From Candidatus Altiarchaeota archaeon (GTDB lineage: Archaea > Altiarchaeota > Altiarchaeia > IMC4 > SCGC-AAA252-I15), in NCBI GenBank assembly GCA_043804895.1, contig JAZDIN010000011.1:1-58988 (forward strand): 58,988 bases of DNA, read 5' to 3'. The notes beneath the pieces are model-generated. The model did no database searches and had not been told where the DNA came from. It saw nothing but the letters and a program-made list of their open reading frames with translations. Each line of letters opens with the position of its first letter. Within the stretch, counting starts at the first letter, position 1. Shown here in pieces: positions 37,245 to 48,648 of this stretch. The translations under genes were made by a program, and so were the position numbers.

Positions 37245-38321
37245 ATGGCCGTTGAGATGGAAGTGGTCGAGGGGGATAGAAAGCTTAGCCTTTTTGACCG
37301 CTACCTTACCGTGTGGGTTTTCCTGTGCATGATTCTCGGAACAGCGATCGGCTATTTCTTCCCGAAGGCGGCCGCCACGTTAGGCGGATTCGAAATAGCG
37401 AACGTGTCCATCCCCGTCGCCGTCGTCCTCCTAGCCATGATGTACCCGATAATGCTGAAGATAAGCCTGAAGGAAATCGTGAAAGTCAAAAGGAATGCAA
37501 ATCCTCTGTGGCTTACTCTGGTGGTAAACTGGGCCATAAAGCCCTTTACCATGGCGCTTATCGCGTGGTTTTTCATGAGAGTGCTATACGCTTGGATAAT
37601 CCCCGTTGACCTCCAAAGCGAATATATTGCGGGAATGATTCTGCTTGGTCTAGCACCTTGCACTGCAATGGTCTTAGTCTGGACGTATCTGGCGAGGGCG
37701 AACATCGACTATGCTCTGGTGCAGGTCTCAGTCAACGACCTGGTCATACTCGTCTTATTCGCCCCACTGGGGAAATTCCTGCTTGGAATCACCACCGACT
37801 TTCCAGTACCCTTCGCCACGATATTCTTTTCCGTCCTCTTCTACGTGGCCATCCCCCTGACGTTGGCAGGAGTCACGCGCTATCTAGCCATCAAAATGAA
37901 GGGAGTAGAATGGTTCGAAAAGAAGTTCATAGAGAAGATTTCCTGGGTGACCCCAGCAGGCCTTCTGATAACGCTTGTGCTGATATTCATCTTCCAGGGG
38001 GATAAGGTAATCAATTACCCGTTGCATATCGTCTTGATTGCGATACCACTGATAATCCAAACATACCTCATATTCTACATCGGCTACTTCGGAGCCAGAA
38101 AGTTGAGGATTCCTTTCACGGAGGCTGCGCCGTCGGCATTCATCGGAGCGAGCAACTTCTTCGAGTTGTCTGTCGCCATAGCATTGATCCTATTCGGCAT
38201 GAACTCCGGAGCGACCCTGGCGACTGTGGTCGGAGTGCTTGTGGAGGTACCGGTCATGCTCTCTCTAGTTGGAATAATGACGAGAAACAAGGCAAAGTTC
38301 GAGTTCAATAACACAAGATGA
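37245..38321 (+). CDS. acr3: ACR3-family arsenite efflux transporter
   Basis: FDRYLTVW, MMYP, NWAIKPF, APCTAMV, ASNFFEL, VEVPVML. Confidence 0.95.
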   Translation: MAVEMEVVEGDRKLSLFDRYLTVWVFLCMILGTAIGYFFPKAAATLGGFEIANVSIPVAVVLLAMMYPIMLKISLKEIVKVKRNANPLWLTLVVNWAIKPFTMALIAWFFMRVLYAWIIPVDLQSEYIAGMILLGLAPCTAMVLVWTYLARANIDYALVQVSVNDLVILVLFAPLGKFLLGITTDFPVPFATIFFSVLFYVAIPLTLAGVTRYLAIKMKGVEWFEKKFIEKISWVTPAGLLITLVLIFIFQGDKVINYPLHIVLIAIPLIIQTYLIFYIGYFGARKLRIPFTEAAPSAFIGASNFFELSVAIALILFGMNSGATLATVVGVLVEVPVMLSLVGIMTRNKAKFEFNNTR

Positions 38322-38584
38322 ATCCAGAACGGCAAGTGAAGGTGTTTAAGGCGTTGGGGGACCCGACGAGGCTTAAGATAATGAAGATGCTTTTGAAGTG
38401 CGAGAAATGCGTCTGCGAGATAATCCCGGCCACCGGGAAAAGCCAGCCTACCACGTCGGCGCACCTTAAGATACTCCATGAGGCAGGGCTCTTGAAATCC
38501 CGCAAAGAAGGACTTAGCGTATACTACCGGCTCGCAGACGAGTCAGTGAAGGAACTCATCAAAGCAGCCGAAAAAATCAAGTGA
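38318..38584 (+). CDS. arsR: ArsR/SmtB transcriptional repressor
   Basis: FKALGDPTRL, CVCE, SQPTTSAHL. Confidence 0.93.
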   Translation: MNPERQVKVFKALGDPTRLKIMKMLLKCEKCVCEIIPATGKSQPTTSAHLKILHEAGLLKSRKEGLSVYYRLADESVKELIKAAEKIK

Positions 38585-38589
38585 TTAGG

Positions 38590-39336
38590 ATGAAAAAAGA
38601 AGACGTCAAAAAAATTGTCAAAGAAGGCTACGGGAAAATAGCCGAAACAGGAGGATGCTGCAGTAGTTGCGACTGCAACCAAACAACCAACAAGGAAATA
38701 GCGAAGTCGATAGGCTATTCCGATGAGGAAACGCAGACGGCCCCGGACGCCAACCTCGGTCTAGGATGCGGCAACCCAACGGCTATAGCCACTATAACGA
38801 AGGGAAGTACAGTCTTGGATTTGGGCTCCGGAGCAGGCTTCGACTGCTTCCTGGCCGCTAAAAAAGTCGGCAAAACCGGTAAGGTAATCGGCGTAGACAT
38901 GACTGAGGAGATGGTGGAGAAGGCCAAGGAAAACGCCAAAAAATACAGGTACAACAATGTAGAATTCAGGCTGGGCGACATAGAGGCGCTGCCCGTTGAA
39001 GATAACTCGGTAGACTTCATAATCAGCAACTGCGTAATCAACCTAGCCCCAGACAAATCGAAAGTTTTCAAGGAAGCCTACAGGGTACTGCGAAAAGGGG
39101 GCAAGTTGCTAGTCTCAGATATAGTGTTACTAAAAAAGCTAACCCAAGAACAAAAAGACGATTATACTCTTCTCGTGAGTTGTGTGAGCGGTGCCGTAAT
39201 CAAAGAGGATTATCTGAAGATGATTGAGGACGCAGGATTCCACGCAGAGGTGAAATCAGAGGACAAGGACATAAGCGCAAGACAATACGGCGGACTGCCA
39301 ATTGAGAGCATCAAAGTGGAGGCTGTAAAGCACTGA
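38590..39336 (+). CDS. arsM: arsenite S-adenosylmethionine methyltransferase
   Basis: N-terminal CC, LGLGCGNP, DLGSGAG, SNCVINL, CVSGA. Confidence 0.93.
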   Translation: MKKEDVKKIVKEGYGKIAETGGCCSSCDCNQTTNKEIAKSIGYSDEETQTAPDANLGLGCGNPTAIATITKGSTVLDLGSGAGFDCFLAAKKVGKTGKVIGVDMTEEMVEKAKENAKKYRYNNVEFRLGDIEALPVEDNSVDFIISNCVINLAPDKSKVFKEAYRVLRKGGKLLVSDIVLLKKLTQEQKDDYTLLVSCVSGAVIKEDYLKMIEDAGFHAEVKSEDKDISARQYGGLPIESIKVEAVKH

Positions 39337-39366
39337 CGCCCGTAGGCGCACTCGTGATAGGTCTGC

Positions 39367-41463
39367 CTAGTACACGAATAGCATTTCCCTGTATTTGGGG
39401 AGTGGCCATAGTTTGTCGTCGACTTCGGCTTCGAGTTCGTCCACGACTTTCCTGAGTTCGGTCATAGCCTTTAGTGTGGTTTTGGTGTCTCCTTTGTCGA
39501 TGGCTTTCTGTAGGCCTTCTATGTTGGCGTACATGTCGGCGACTTGGGTGGAGGCTTGGGTGAGGTGTTTTCTCAGCTCGTTTTCTGATGGGTATCCTCC
39601 TGCTTTTTTGAGCGCGTCTATGGCCTTCGCGAGCTTAGTCTGGTGTTTCACTGCCGCTGGGGCTATCATCGTCTTGGCTATGTCGAGGGCGCAGCTGCCT
39701 TCGAAGTCTATGGTCTTCTCGTAGACTTCCCGGTTGATGTGGTAGCGGGATTCAAGTTCGACCTTTGAGAGGACTTTATACTTCTCGAAGATTTCTATGC
39801 TATCCTTCAAGGCCAGCGCCTTCAATGCCTCGTCGCTGGTTTTTATGTTAGGCAGGCCGCGTCTTTCCGCCGCCTCCTCCCATTCTTTGGTGTAGTTGTC
39901 TCCGTTGAATATTACCCTCTTGTGTTTCACCACTATGTTGTGGAGTATCGCCTGCAGGGCTTCGTTGAAGTCAGCCCCTTTTTTCACGGAGTCCTCGAGT
40001 TCGTTGGCAATCTCGTCCAGGGCTTCAGCGACTATGACGTTCAGCACGGTGTTCGCGTCTGAGGGCGACTGTGCTGAGCCGACTGCCCTGAACTCGAACT
40101 TGTTGCCTGTGAACGCGAACGGCGACGTCCTGTTACGGTCTGTCGCGTCCTTCGGTATATGGGGCAGCGCCGTCACCCCCAGCTTTATCACAGCCTCGTG
40201 TTTGCTCGTTCTTGCGCCTCCGTTCTTCTCCATCTGCTCTATGATGTCTGTGAGCTGGTCGCCTAGGAATATTGATATTATTGCCGGCGGGGCTTCGTTT
40301 GCTCCGAGTCTGTGGTCGTTTCCTGCGGAGGCGACCGTAGCCCTCAGAAGCTTTGCGTGCGTGTCGACGGCCTTAATCACTGCGCAGAGGAATGTGAGGA
40401 ACTTCGCGTTCTCGTGTGGGTTGTCTCCTGGGTCGAGGAGGTTTTTTCCGTCCGGTCCTGCTATGCTCCAGTTGTTGTGTTTCCCTGAGCCGTTGACTCC
40501 CGCGAACGGCTTCTCGTGGAGCAGGCATACGAGGCCGTGTTTTTCTGCAGTTTCTTTTAGTATCTGCATGAGCATCATGTTGTGGTCTATTCCGATGTTA
40601 AGTTCCTCGAAGACTGGTGCTATCTCGAACTGTGCTGGTGCGACTTCGTTGTGTCGTGTCTTCGCTGGTATGCCTAGTTTCCAGCATTCCCTGTCTACTT
40701 CCTCCATGAACTTGAGTATGCGCGGTTTTATGGAGCCGAAGTAGTGGTCTTCCATCTGCTGGTGCTTCGCTGGTCTTCTGCCGTAGAGTGTTCTGCCTGT
40801 CGCGATTAGGTCTGGGCGGGCGAGGTAGTATTCCCTGTCTACTAGGAAGTATTCCTGCTCCAACCCTATCTGGCAGTAGGCTTTCCCGTTTGGTATTCTC
40901 TTGTCGAAGAGTTTCAGCATCCTCCTGGTCGCATCAGATATCGCCTGCGTCGAGCGCAGAAGCGGGGTCTTCTTGTCCAGCGCCTCGCCGTGGTATGAGA
41001 AGAAGGCGGTCGGTATGCACAGCGTCGGCCCCTCGTCAGTGTATTTGATGAATGCCGGGCTTGTGGGGTCCCATGCGGTGTATCCTCTCGCCTCGAATGT
41101 GGCTCTGATTCCTCCTGATGGGAAGCTTGACGCGTCAGGCTCGCCTTGGGTGAGCTCTTTTCCTGAGAATTTTAGCATGGCTCCACCCTCCTTTGTCGGG
41201 GATATGAATGCGTCGTGTTTTTCAGCGGTGAGGCCTGTCATCGGCTGGAACCAGTGGGTGTAGTGCGTCGCTCCCTTCGACAGGGCCCATCTCTTCATCC
41301 CGTCTGCGACGTCGTCTGCGATTCCTTCAGGCAGGGGGTTCCCCATGTCAATATCTTTCAGTGATTCAAGCACGTCCTTAGGCAGGAATTCGTTCATCGC
41401 CTTCATGTTGAAGACGTTTTCGCCGTAGGTTCCTGTCAGCCATTTTTGCTCAAGCGGTTCCAT
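39367..41463 (-). CDS. glnN: glutamine synthetase type III
   Basis: ATHYTHWFQP, EPDASSFPSGG, RHNEVAP, NGSGKHNN, DRNRTSPFAFTGNKFEFR. Confidence 0.95.
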   Translation of the reverse strand: MEPLEQKWLTGTYGENVFNMKAMNEFLPKDVLESLKDIDMGNPLPEGIADDVADGMKRWALSKGATHYTHWFQPMTGLTAEKHDAFISPTKEGGAMLKFSGKELTQGEPDASSFPSGGIRATFEARGYTAWDPTSPAFIKYTDEGPTLCIPTAFFSYHGEALDKKTPLLRSTQAISDATRRMLKLFDKRIPNGKAYCQIGLEQEYFLVDREYYLARPDLIATGRTLYGRRPAKHQQMEDHYFGSIKPRILKFMEEVDRECWKLGIPAKTRHNEVAPAQFEIAPVFEELNIGIDHNMMLMQILKETAEKHGLVCLLHEKPFAGVNGSGKHNNWSIAGPDGKNLLDPGDNPHENAKFLTFLCAVIKAVDTHAKLLRATVASAGNDHRLGANEAPPAIISIFLGDQLTDIIEQMEKNGGARTSKHEAVIKLGVTALPHIPKDATDRNRTSPFAFTGNKFEFRAVGSAQSPSDANTVLNVIVAEALDEIANELEDSVKKGADFNEALQAILHNIVVKHKRVIFNGDNYTKEWEEAAERRGLPNIKTSDEALKALALKDSIEIFEKYKVLSKVELESRYHINREVYEKTIDFEGSCALDIAKTMIAPAAVKHQTKLAKAIDALKKAGGYPSENELRKHLTQASTQVADMYANIEGLQKAIDKGDTKTTLKAMTELRKVVDELEAEVDDKLWPLPKYREMLFVY

Positions 41464-41732
41464 CTCAGCTACAATTTAAATTTTACAACTGCTATAATAT
41501 TTTGCAAACTACTATAAATACTTCAATATTTTATGGTGAAATAATCAATAAAAACCCAAAATATTGAAAAATTTCAATCTAATGGTATTTTTCTAGCAGC
41601 ACATGTTCTACGGATTGCTCGCATAAAAAGCCAATCCCGCCACAACCCACATTATGCAAAAGAGCATAATTTAGAACATTGTAGTCAATGTAATCAAATA
41701 TATTTTAATTTGCAGCATGCTATTACTACCTT

Positions 41733-43043
41733 ATGGCCCAGAATCCAAATCACACGGTTAAATCCAATAGCTTGAACGTAGACGAAGGCAAGAAGAACAC
41801 AATCTGGCACGAGGCCAAGAAACAATTCGATCTCATCGCTGACATATTGAACCTAACTCCCATCCAAAGGATGAGGCTCGGTCAACCTGAAAGGACAATC
41901 GAAATATCCCTAGCGCCCAAGTTATTCCACACAGAACTTAAGGAACCCATCACAGCATGGAGAGTCCAATACAACAACGACAGAGGCCCCTACAAGGGCG
42001 GCACCCGCGCAACAGAGAACCTCAACCTTGACACAGTCAAAGGCCTGGCCATGGAAATGACCTGGAAATGTGCGCTACACGAGCTTCCGCTCGGCGGCGG
42101 AAAAGGCGGCATCAAAGCTGACCTGTCAAAGTTCCATCCAGAAGACCGCGAACTCATATTACGTGCCTACATACGGGCCATATCAAACGACGTCGGCCCT
42201 CAGATGGACATTCTAGCACCTGACCTTGGTACGACGGTCCAGGATATGGGCTACATGCAGGATGCGTTCAGCTGGACCAGTCACCGCTCGCTGATAGTGG
42301 ACACTGTCACCACGGCAAGACCCCTTGTCCTTGGCGGGATACGCGGCAGGGCTGATGCGACAGGCACGGGAGTAGTCTACACCATAGAGGCGTGCGCTCA
42401 ACGTATCGGCTTGAGGCTTTACGGGTCAAGGGCCGTAGTGCAAGGGTACGGTAACGTCGGTAAGTCAACAGTCGACGACCTAGTCCCATTAGGGGTGAAG
42501 GTCGTCGCAGTAAGCGACATAAACGGTGGAGTATACGACCCAAATGGACTTGACATAGCTAAACTGAACGAATGGGTTGCTCAAAACAAGACAGTGAAGG
42601 GTTTCCCGAGCGGGAAGCCAGTATCCAACTCAGAAATACTGGAGCTTGACTGTGAAATCCTCATTCCAGCAGCTACCGAAAACCAAATAACCAAAGACAA
42701 CGCAGACAAGATCAAGGCGAAGATAATAGCCGAAGGCGCCAACGGCCCCACGACCGTGGAAGCCACGAAGATGCTTTACAAGAGAGGCGTCCAAATAATC
42801 CCAGACATACTGTGCAACGGGGGCGGCGTCATAGTGTCATACCTTGAGATGACGCAGAGTGCGCAACTTGAACAGTTCACTCTAGATCAGGTGAATAGTA
42901 AGTTGAAGCAGAGGATAATACAATCCTTCGAAAAAGTCTACAACTACTCCGAGGAAAACAAAGTAGACCCGCGCACAGCAGCGAACATACTAGCAGTGAA
43001 AAACGTGTTAGCTGCTATGGAAGCCAGAGGATACCTGCAGTAG
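41733..43043 (+). CDS. Glu/Leu/Phe/Val dehydrogenase (likely NAD(P)-dependent glutamate dehydrogenase)
   Basis: GPYKGG, MTWKC, GGGKGG, QGYGNVG, EGANGP. Confidence 0.88.
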   Translation: MAQNPNHTVKSNSLNVDEGKKNTIWHEAKKQFDLIADILNLTPIQRMRLGQPERTIEISLAPKLFHTELKEPITAWRVQYNNDRGPYKGGTRATENLNLDTVKGLAMEMTWKCALHELPLGGGKGGIKADLSKFHPEDRELILRAYIRAISNDVGPQMDILAPDLGTTVQDMGYMQDAFSWTSHRSLIVDTVTTARPLVLGGIRGRADATGTGVVYTIEACAQRIGLRLYGSRAVVQGYGNVGKSTVDDLVPLGVKVVAVSDINGGVYDPNGLDIAKLNEWVAQNKTVKGFPSGKPVSNSEILELDCEILIPAATENQITKDNADKIKAKIIAEGANGPTTVEATKMLYKRGVQIIPDILCNGGGVIVSYLEMTQSAQLEQFTLDQVNSKLKQRIIQSFEKVYNYSEENKVDPRTAANILAVKNVLAAMEARGYLQ

Positions 43044-43080
43044 ACGTTGAACAATATTTAACTTCACCCTCCTATCACTA

Positions 43081-44301
43081 ATGATGCCATTAAAATGGGA
43101 CCCAAAATACGGGTGTAAACCCCCCTCAGAGTGGAGTGGTTCAGTCCCTGACAGTCGCGTTACAGAGCCGATACTGAAACAACGGTTCCCGGAAATTTAC
43201 AGTGAACTGGAGGGCCTTCCGATGAAGGTCCTGGACCTCCAAGCAGATCAAGGTACAGGTGGAAAAAAACTCCGCATAATCCTGCCGCTCACACCTGAGG
43301 TGATAACCGGCCTAAACGACAGGATACGGTGTGGTGGTCTGAAGGATGAGCCGCCGCAGGCGTCAAATGTCAAGAAATATCTGGCCAGCTTATTGCCCCC
43401 CACATCTGACTTTGAGGTAGTACTCAAACGTGGGAAAGTCCAAGCTCCCTCGTCTGATGCTAAACAGGAAATACTCTACAACGAACTGGATCCAGTTTAC
43501 CTTGGCAGTACACGACTCACCAGCGACCCGCAGGAACACGAAACCTTCAAACAATATGGAATTGCCCAATACCTGGTTGTGGACATAAGCCCGAAAAGCT
43601 GGGGCAAACAAGGTTTCGAGCAGCTTTTCCCAGAGCTTGGCCGCAGGTTGGAGGGGGCGGGTGTGGACTACGACGTCTTGATTAGGGGGGAGTATTTCAG
43701 GCGAGAAATAAAGAAGCAAATGGGGGCTAGTGGACTCTTGCCAGAACTGCAAACCAAGTTCAAAATATCTGAAGAGTCTGAGACAATCCCTCAACAACCA
43801 GCTACAAAGCCTACGGGACAAAGGCCTAAGTCAAAATCCGGAGGACCAGCCCCAGATGCCGTCCAAAAACGCGTAATCGAACAGGAAACAACACGGCATA
43901 TTGCATTAAAGCAACGTCCACTGACACCAGATGAAATCGCAGATATAACAAATGCAGTGCTCAGCCAGCCACAAGCTTCTGAATCAGATGAGGACGAATT
44001 ACTAAGGCGGGAAGCACTCGGGTTTACTGCGAAACCTGCAGGGTACAAAAAGTCTGGTCTAACTCCCACTGCATCTGATGTCGTGGAGGTGACAATACCA
44101 TTAGACAGCTCCAATATACTCTCATTGAGGCAGTTGATGGGCCACTCCGGCGGATCTGAGGAGGATGCCCCACTAACACAGGATGTAGAGTCCTTCTTAA
44201 AGGAGAAGATGACAGGTTACCACGTGAATGTCAGCGTGCTAGGTTCAAAGGTTTCGAAAGTCAAGAAATTGAAGGTTGAGGTACGGTCTACTGGAGTCTA
44301 G
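43081..44301 (+). CDS. hypothetical protein with apparent internal duplication
   Basis: 406-aa ORF about 20 nt after ATATTTAA; no family recognised. Confidence 0.7.
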   Translation: MMPLKWDPKYGCKPPSEWSGSVPDSRVTEPILKQRFPEIYSELEGLPMKVLDLQADQGTGGKKLRIILPLTPEVITGLNDRIRCGGLKDEPPQASNVKKYLASLLPPTSDFEVVLKRGKVQAPSSDAKQEILYNELDPVYLGSTRLTSDPQEHETFKQYGIAQYLVVDISPKSWGKQGFEQLFPELGRRLEGAGVDYDVLIRGEYFRREIKKQMGASGLLPELQTKFKISEESETIPQQPATKPTGQRPKSKSGGPAPDAVQKRVIEQETTRHIALKQRPLTPDEIADITNAVLSQPQASESDEDELLRREALGFTAKPAGYKKSGLTPTASDVVEVTIPLDSSNILSLRQLMGHSGGSEEDAPLTQDVESFLKEKMTGYHVNVSVLGSKVSKVKKLKVEVRSTGV

Positions 44302-45641
44302 CCTTTCAGGAATTCATCTATTTTTTGTGCTGCTACCTTCCCTTGGCCGATGGCTGAGATTACTGTGGCGTCGGCTGATGAGATGTCTCCGCCTGCGAAG
44401 ATTTTTTTGGCTGTTGTCTTCTGGTTTTCGTCAACCTTCACCCTGCTATCTTTGCTGAATTCAAGGCCTCGGACTCTGTCTAAAAGCAGGGGGTTCGGTC
44501 CCTGGCCTATCGCCACGACCACTGTCTCTACAGGCATCCTGAAGTTGCTGTCTTTAACTACTACTGGTTTCCTTCGGCCTGAGCTGTCAGGTTCTCCAAG
44601 CTCCATCCTCACGCATTCGATCTCTTCCACCCGTTTTTTCCCGTGGTATGCGACAGGGCTCATTAGGTACATGAACTCGACGCCCTCCTCCTCGGCGTGG
44701 TGTATTTCCTCAGCGCGTGCTGGCATCTCAGTCTTCGTCCGCCTGTACACTATCATCACCTTCTCGGCTCCCGACCTGAGCGCGCATCTTGCGCAGTCCA
44801 TAGCCACGTTCCCGCCGCCCACCACGGCCACTGTCTTCCCTACTTGGACTGGCGTGTCATACTCAGGGAATCTGTTGGCGTGCATGAGGTTTATCCTGAT
44901 GAGGAATTCGTTCGCGCTGTATACTGCATTCAACGTCTCCCCAGGCAATCCCATGAAATAGGGTAAGCCGGCGCCTGAGCCGATGAACACCGCGTCGAAC
45001 TTGCCGAGGACCTCTTCAACCGTCGGGGACAGTCCGACGACGCAGTTGCACTCTATCTTGACTCCAAGCTTCTTCGCGAACTCGATCTCCCTGTTGAGCT
45101 CATCCCTCGGCAGCCTGAACGGTGGTATCCCATACTGTAAGACCCCCCCCGGCTTGTGGAGAGCCTCGAAGATTGTAACGTCATGCCCCTTCAACGCAAG
45201 CTGTGCTGCGCATGTCAGCCCCGCAGGCCCCGCGCCTATCACCGCGACTTTCTTACCTGTTGACGGCGTCTTCTTGACGTCCTGCATGTCATAATCTGCT
45301 GCGAAGCGTTCGAGCCTGCCTATTGCCACCGGCTGGTCTTTTATTCCAAGAACACAGCATTTCTCGCACTGGCTTTCCTGCGGGCACACGCGGCCGCATA
45401 TCGCAGGGAAAGAATTAGCTTCCTTGATTATCTCGCAAGCTTTCTCGAATTTGGAGTTCTTTATCTCATGTATGAACTTTGGGATGTTAATCCCTACAGG
45501 GCACCCTGGGATGCACTTTCCGCATTCAATGCACCGTTTCGCCTCCTTCACAGCCTCCTCAGGGTTGTACCCTAATGCGACCTCGCTGAAGTTCTTAGCA
45601 CGCTCCAGCGCATTCTGCTCCCTCATCGGCGTCTTAGGCAT
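44298..45641 (-). CDS. NfnB/SudA (GltD-like NADPH-dependent FAD/FeS oxidoreductase)
   Basis: RCIEC..C..GCP, ICGRVCPQESQCE, GAGPAG, GGGNVAMD; start MPKTPM at 45641. Confidence 0.9.
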   Translation of the reverse strand: MPKTPMREQNALERAKNFSEVALGYNPEEAVKEAKRCIECGKCIPGCPVGINIPKFIHEIKNSKFEKACEIIKEANSFPAICGRVCPQESQCEKCCVLGIKDQPVAIGRLERFAADYDMQDVKKTPSTGKKVAVIGAGPAGLTCAAQLALKGHDVTIFEALHKPGGVLQYGIPPFRLPRDELNREIEFAKKLGVKIECNCVVGLSPTVEEVLGKFDAVFIGSGAGLPYFMGLPGETLNAVYSANEFLIRINLMHANRFPEYDTPVQVGKTVAVVGGGNVAMDCARCALRSGAEKVMIVYRRTKTEMPARAEEIHHAEEEGVEFMYLMSPVAYHGKKRVEEIECVRMELGEPDSSGRRKPVVVKDSNFRMPVETVVVAIGQGPNPLLLDRVRGLEFSKDSRVKVDENQKTTAKKIFAGGDISSADATVISAIGQGKVAAQKIDEFLKG

Positions 45642-45747
45642 TACAAATACGCGAGTAATCTTTCTACTCGCGCGCACCTCCTTTGTTTGTTTGGCTAGTT
45701 GGCATTTTGAGCGTATTTGGAATACTGCAGCCCTCAGGCTGCGGCCG
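45642..45747 (-). promoter_or_regulatory. structured intercistronic leader with a hairpin between SD and start codon
   Basis: GGAGGTG at 45675-45681; 8-bp hairpin 45650-45672; 9-bp stem 45644-45652/45711-45719; hairpin 45727-45742. Confidence 0.5.
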
Positions 45748-46560
45748 TTAATTTTTCTCCCAACATTTTATCGCATGTTTTTCCTCGTTGACATACTGGT
45801 TGTTCTTCATCATCAGCTCGCTGAAGTCGACCGTATGGGCGTCGAAGTCTGGCCCGTCAACGCAGGCGAACTTGACCTTACCGTCAACGACCACCCTGCA
45901 TGCGCCGCACATCCCGGTCCCATCGACCATGATAGGGTTAAGACTTACAATGCATGGGACTTTCCCCCTCGTAAGGTTGGCTACAGCCTCCATCATCCTC
46001 ACAGGGCCGACTGCGACCACGAGGTCTAGGTCTTGGAGTCTTTCCTTCAAGGCATCAGTCACGAAACCTTTCACCTCCAAGCTTCCATCATCTGTGCAGA
46101 CGGTCTTTGTGTCGCTGACGAGGCCTATCTCATCGTCTAGTATGAGTAGGTCCTTGTGTCTTGCGCCTATGATGCAATCGACGGTATTCCCCCCCTCTCT
46201 GAGTGTTCGGGCTATAGGGTATATCGCAGGTATGCCGACTCCGCCGCCAACACAGGCGACCCTCCCGTACTTCTTCAGAGGGAACGGCTTGCCGAGCGGG
46301 CCCACAAGGTCCAGAATGCTATCTCCTTCATTAAGTCTTCCCAGCTTTTTTGTGGAAGCCCCAACCTCAAGGAACACGAGGCTGATTGTCTTCCTCTTGT
46401 AGTCCCAGTAATAGAGGGTTAGTGGAATCCGTTCCCCCTTCTCATCGACTCTCAGTACGACGAACTGTCCGGGCTTAGCGTTCTTCACGATCCGTGGCGC
46501 TTCAATCTCAAGGGACGTGATGTTCTCAGCTAACCTCTTTTTTGCTAAAATCTTAAACAT
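45748..46560 (-). CDS. NfnA/SudB (FAD/NAD-binding [2Fe-2S] subunit)
   Basis: PGQFV, GERIPLT, GPLG, MVDGTGMCGACRV, FACVDGP. Confidence 0.9.
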   Translation of the reverse strand: MFKILAKKRLAENITSLEIEAPRIVKNAKPGQFVVLRVDEKGERIPLTLYYWDYKRKTISLVFLEVGASTKKLGRLNEGDSILDLVGPLGKPFPLKKYGRVACVGGGVGIPAIYPIARTLREGGNTVDCIIGARHKDLLILDDEIGLVSDTKTVCTDDGSLEVKGFVTDALKERLQDLDLVVAVGPVRMMEAVANLTRGKVPCIVSLNPIMVDGTGMCGACRVVVDGKVKFACVDGPDFDAHTVDFSELMMKNNQYVNEEKHAIKCWEKN

Positions 46561-46593
46561 TCTACTACCCTAAAAAATATCAGGGGGTTGGCT

Positions 46594-47952
<1,359 letters not shown>

Positions 47953-47972
47953 CTATCCATTACCCGTGGATT

Positions 47973-48038
47973 ACTTAAATACTCTAGTCTTTCCTGCGGG
48001 ATAGTACCCCTGCACCATCCGAGTTTAAGTATTTAAGT
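47973..48038. promoter_or_regulatory. divergent gdhA/lrp promoters with identical 11-bp TATA-like boxes
   Basis: ACTTAAATACT (47973-47983) and its reverse complement AGTATTTAAGT (48028-48038); the latter is 23 nt before the lrp ATG. Confidence 0.55.
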
Positions 48039-48061
48039 GTAGAAATTCGTCTAATTACAAT

Positions 48062-48616
48062 ATGAAACTTGACCTGTCAGATAACGAGAAAAATGTACTG
48101 AAATTGCTCATCACCGATGGTAGAATACAATGCACCGAGATGGCTCGGAAGGTTGGCATCACCCCGCAAGCAGTCGGTAAGATACAGGACAAGCTTGAGA
48201 ATTCAGGCCTCATAAAGGGATACTCCACGATCGTCGACTACAGGCGGCTCGGCATCGATGTGTTCGCAGTGGCGTTCTTCAGGTTCAAGTCAGGCTCATG
48301 GACCCGTCTGGAAAACGAGGACATAAAAAACCGGGTTAAGGGGCCGCACCTCCTGGGAGTATACCGGTTCTCAGAAGGAGACGTCACCCACATGGTAGTC
48401 TATGGCTTCAGGAGCCTAAGGGAATTGGACAACTACTTCCACATCCTCCAGACCGAACGCGGGCACGTCTCGGAGCTGAAGAAGATATACGTCCTATCCT
48501 CAGACAGCGTCCTCAAAGACTCGCCCAACGAGCTGATACTCAAGGTGATAGACGAGTTAGGGAACGAAAAACTAGCCGCACCTGAGAAGCCTAAACCCTT
48601 ACGCAGTAGAGGATGA
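48062..48616 (+). CDS. Lrp/AsnC-family transcriptional regulator
   Basis: wHTH ...LENSGLIKGYSTIVDYRRLG. Confidence 0.85.
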   Translation: MKLDLSDNEKNVLKLLITDGRIQCTEMARKVGITPQAVGKIQDKLENSGLIKGYSTIVDYRRLGIDVFAVAFFRFKSGSWTRLENEDIKNRVKGPHLLGVYRFSEGDVTHMVVYGFRSLRELDNYFHILQTERGHVSELKKIYVLSSDSVLKDSPNELILKVIDELGNEKLAAPEKPKPLRSRG

Positions 48617-48648
48617 GTTATTAACCCTCCCCCCTAATCTATCCTATC

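Noticed and set aside
37245-39336. Arsenic operon as integron cassette cargo
   Set aside because: Lies outside the direct repeats, has its own TATA-like promoter, host-like composition and no attC between genes
43048-43060. TGAACAATATTTA matching the shared orphan promoter
   Set aside because: Here it sits at the TATA position rather than next to the start codon, so it is probably an ordinary BRE/TATA and was not counted as a regulon member
44298-45641. Stand-alone glutamate synthase
   Set aside because: No glutamine amidotransferase or FMN domain; pairing with the NfnA/SudB gene indicates NfnAB/SudAB
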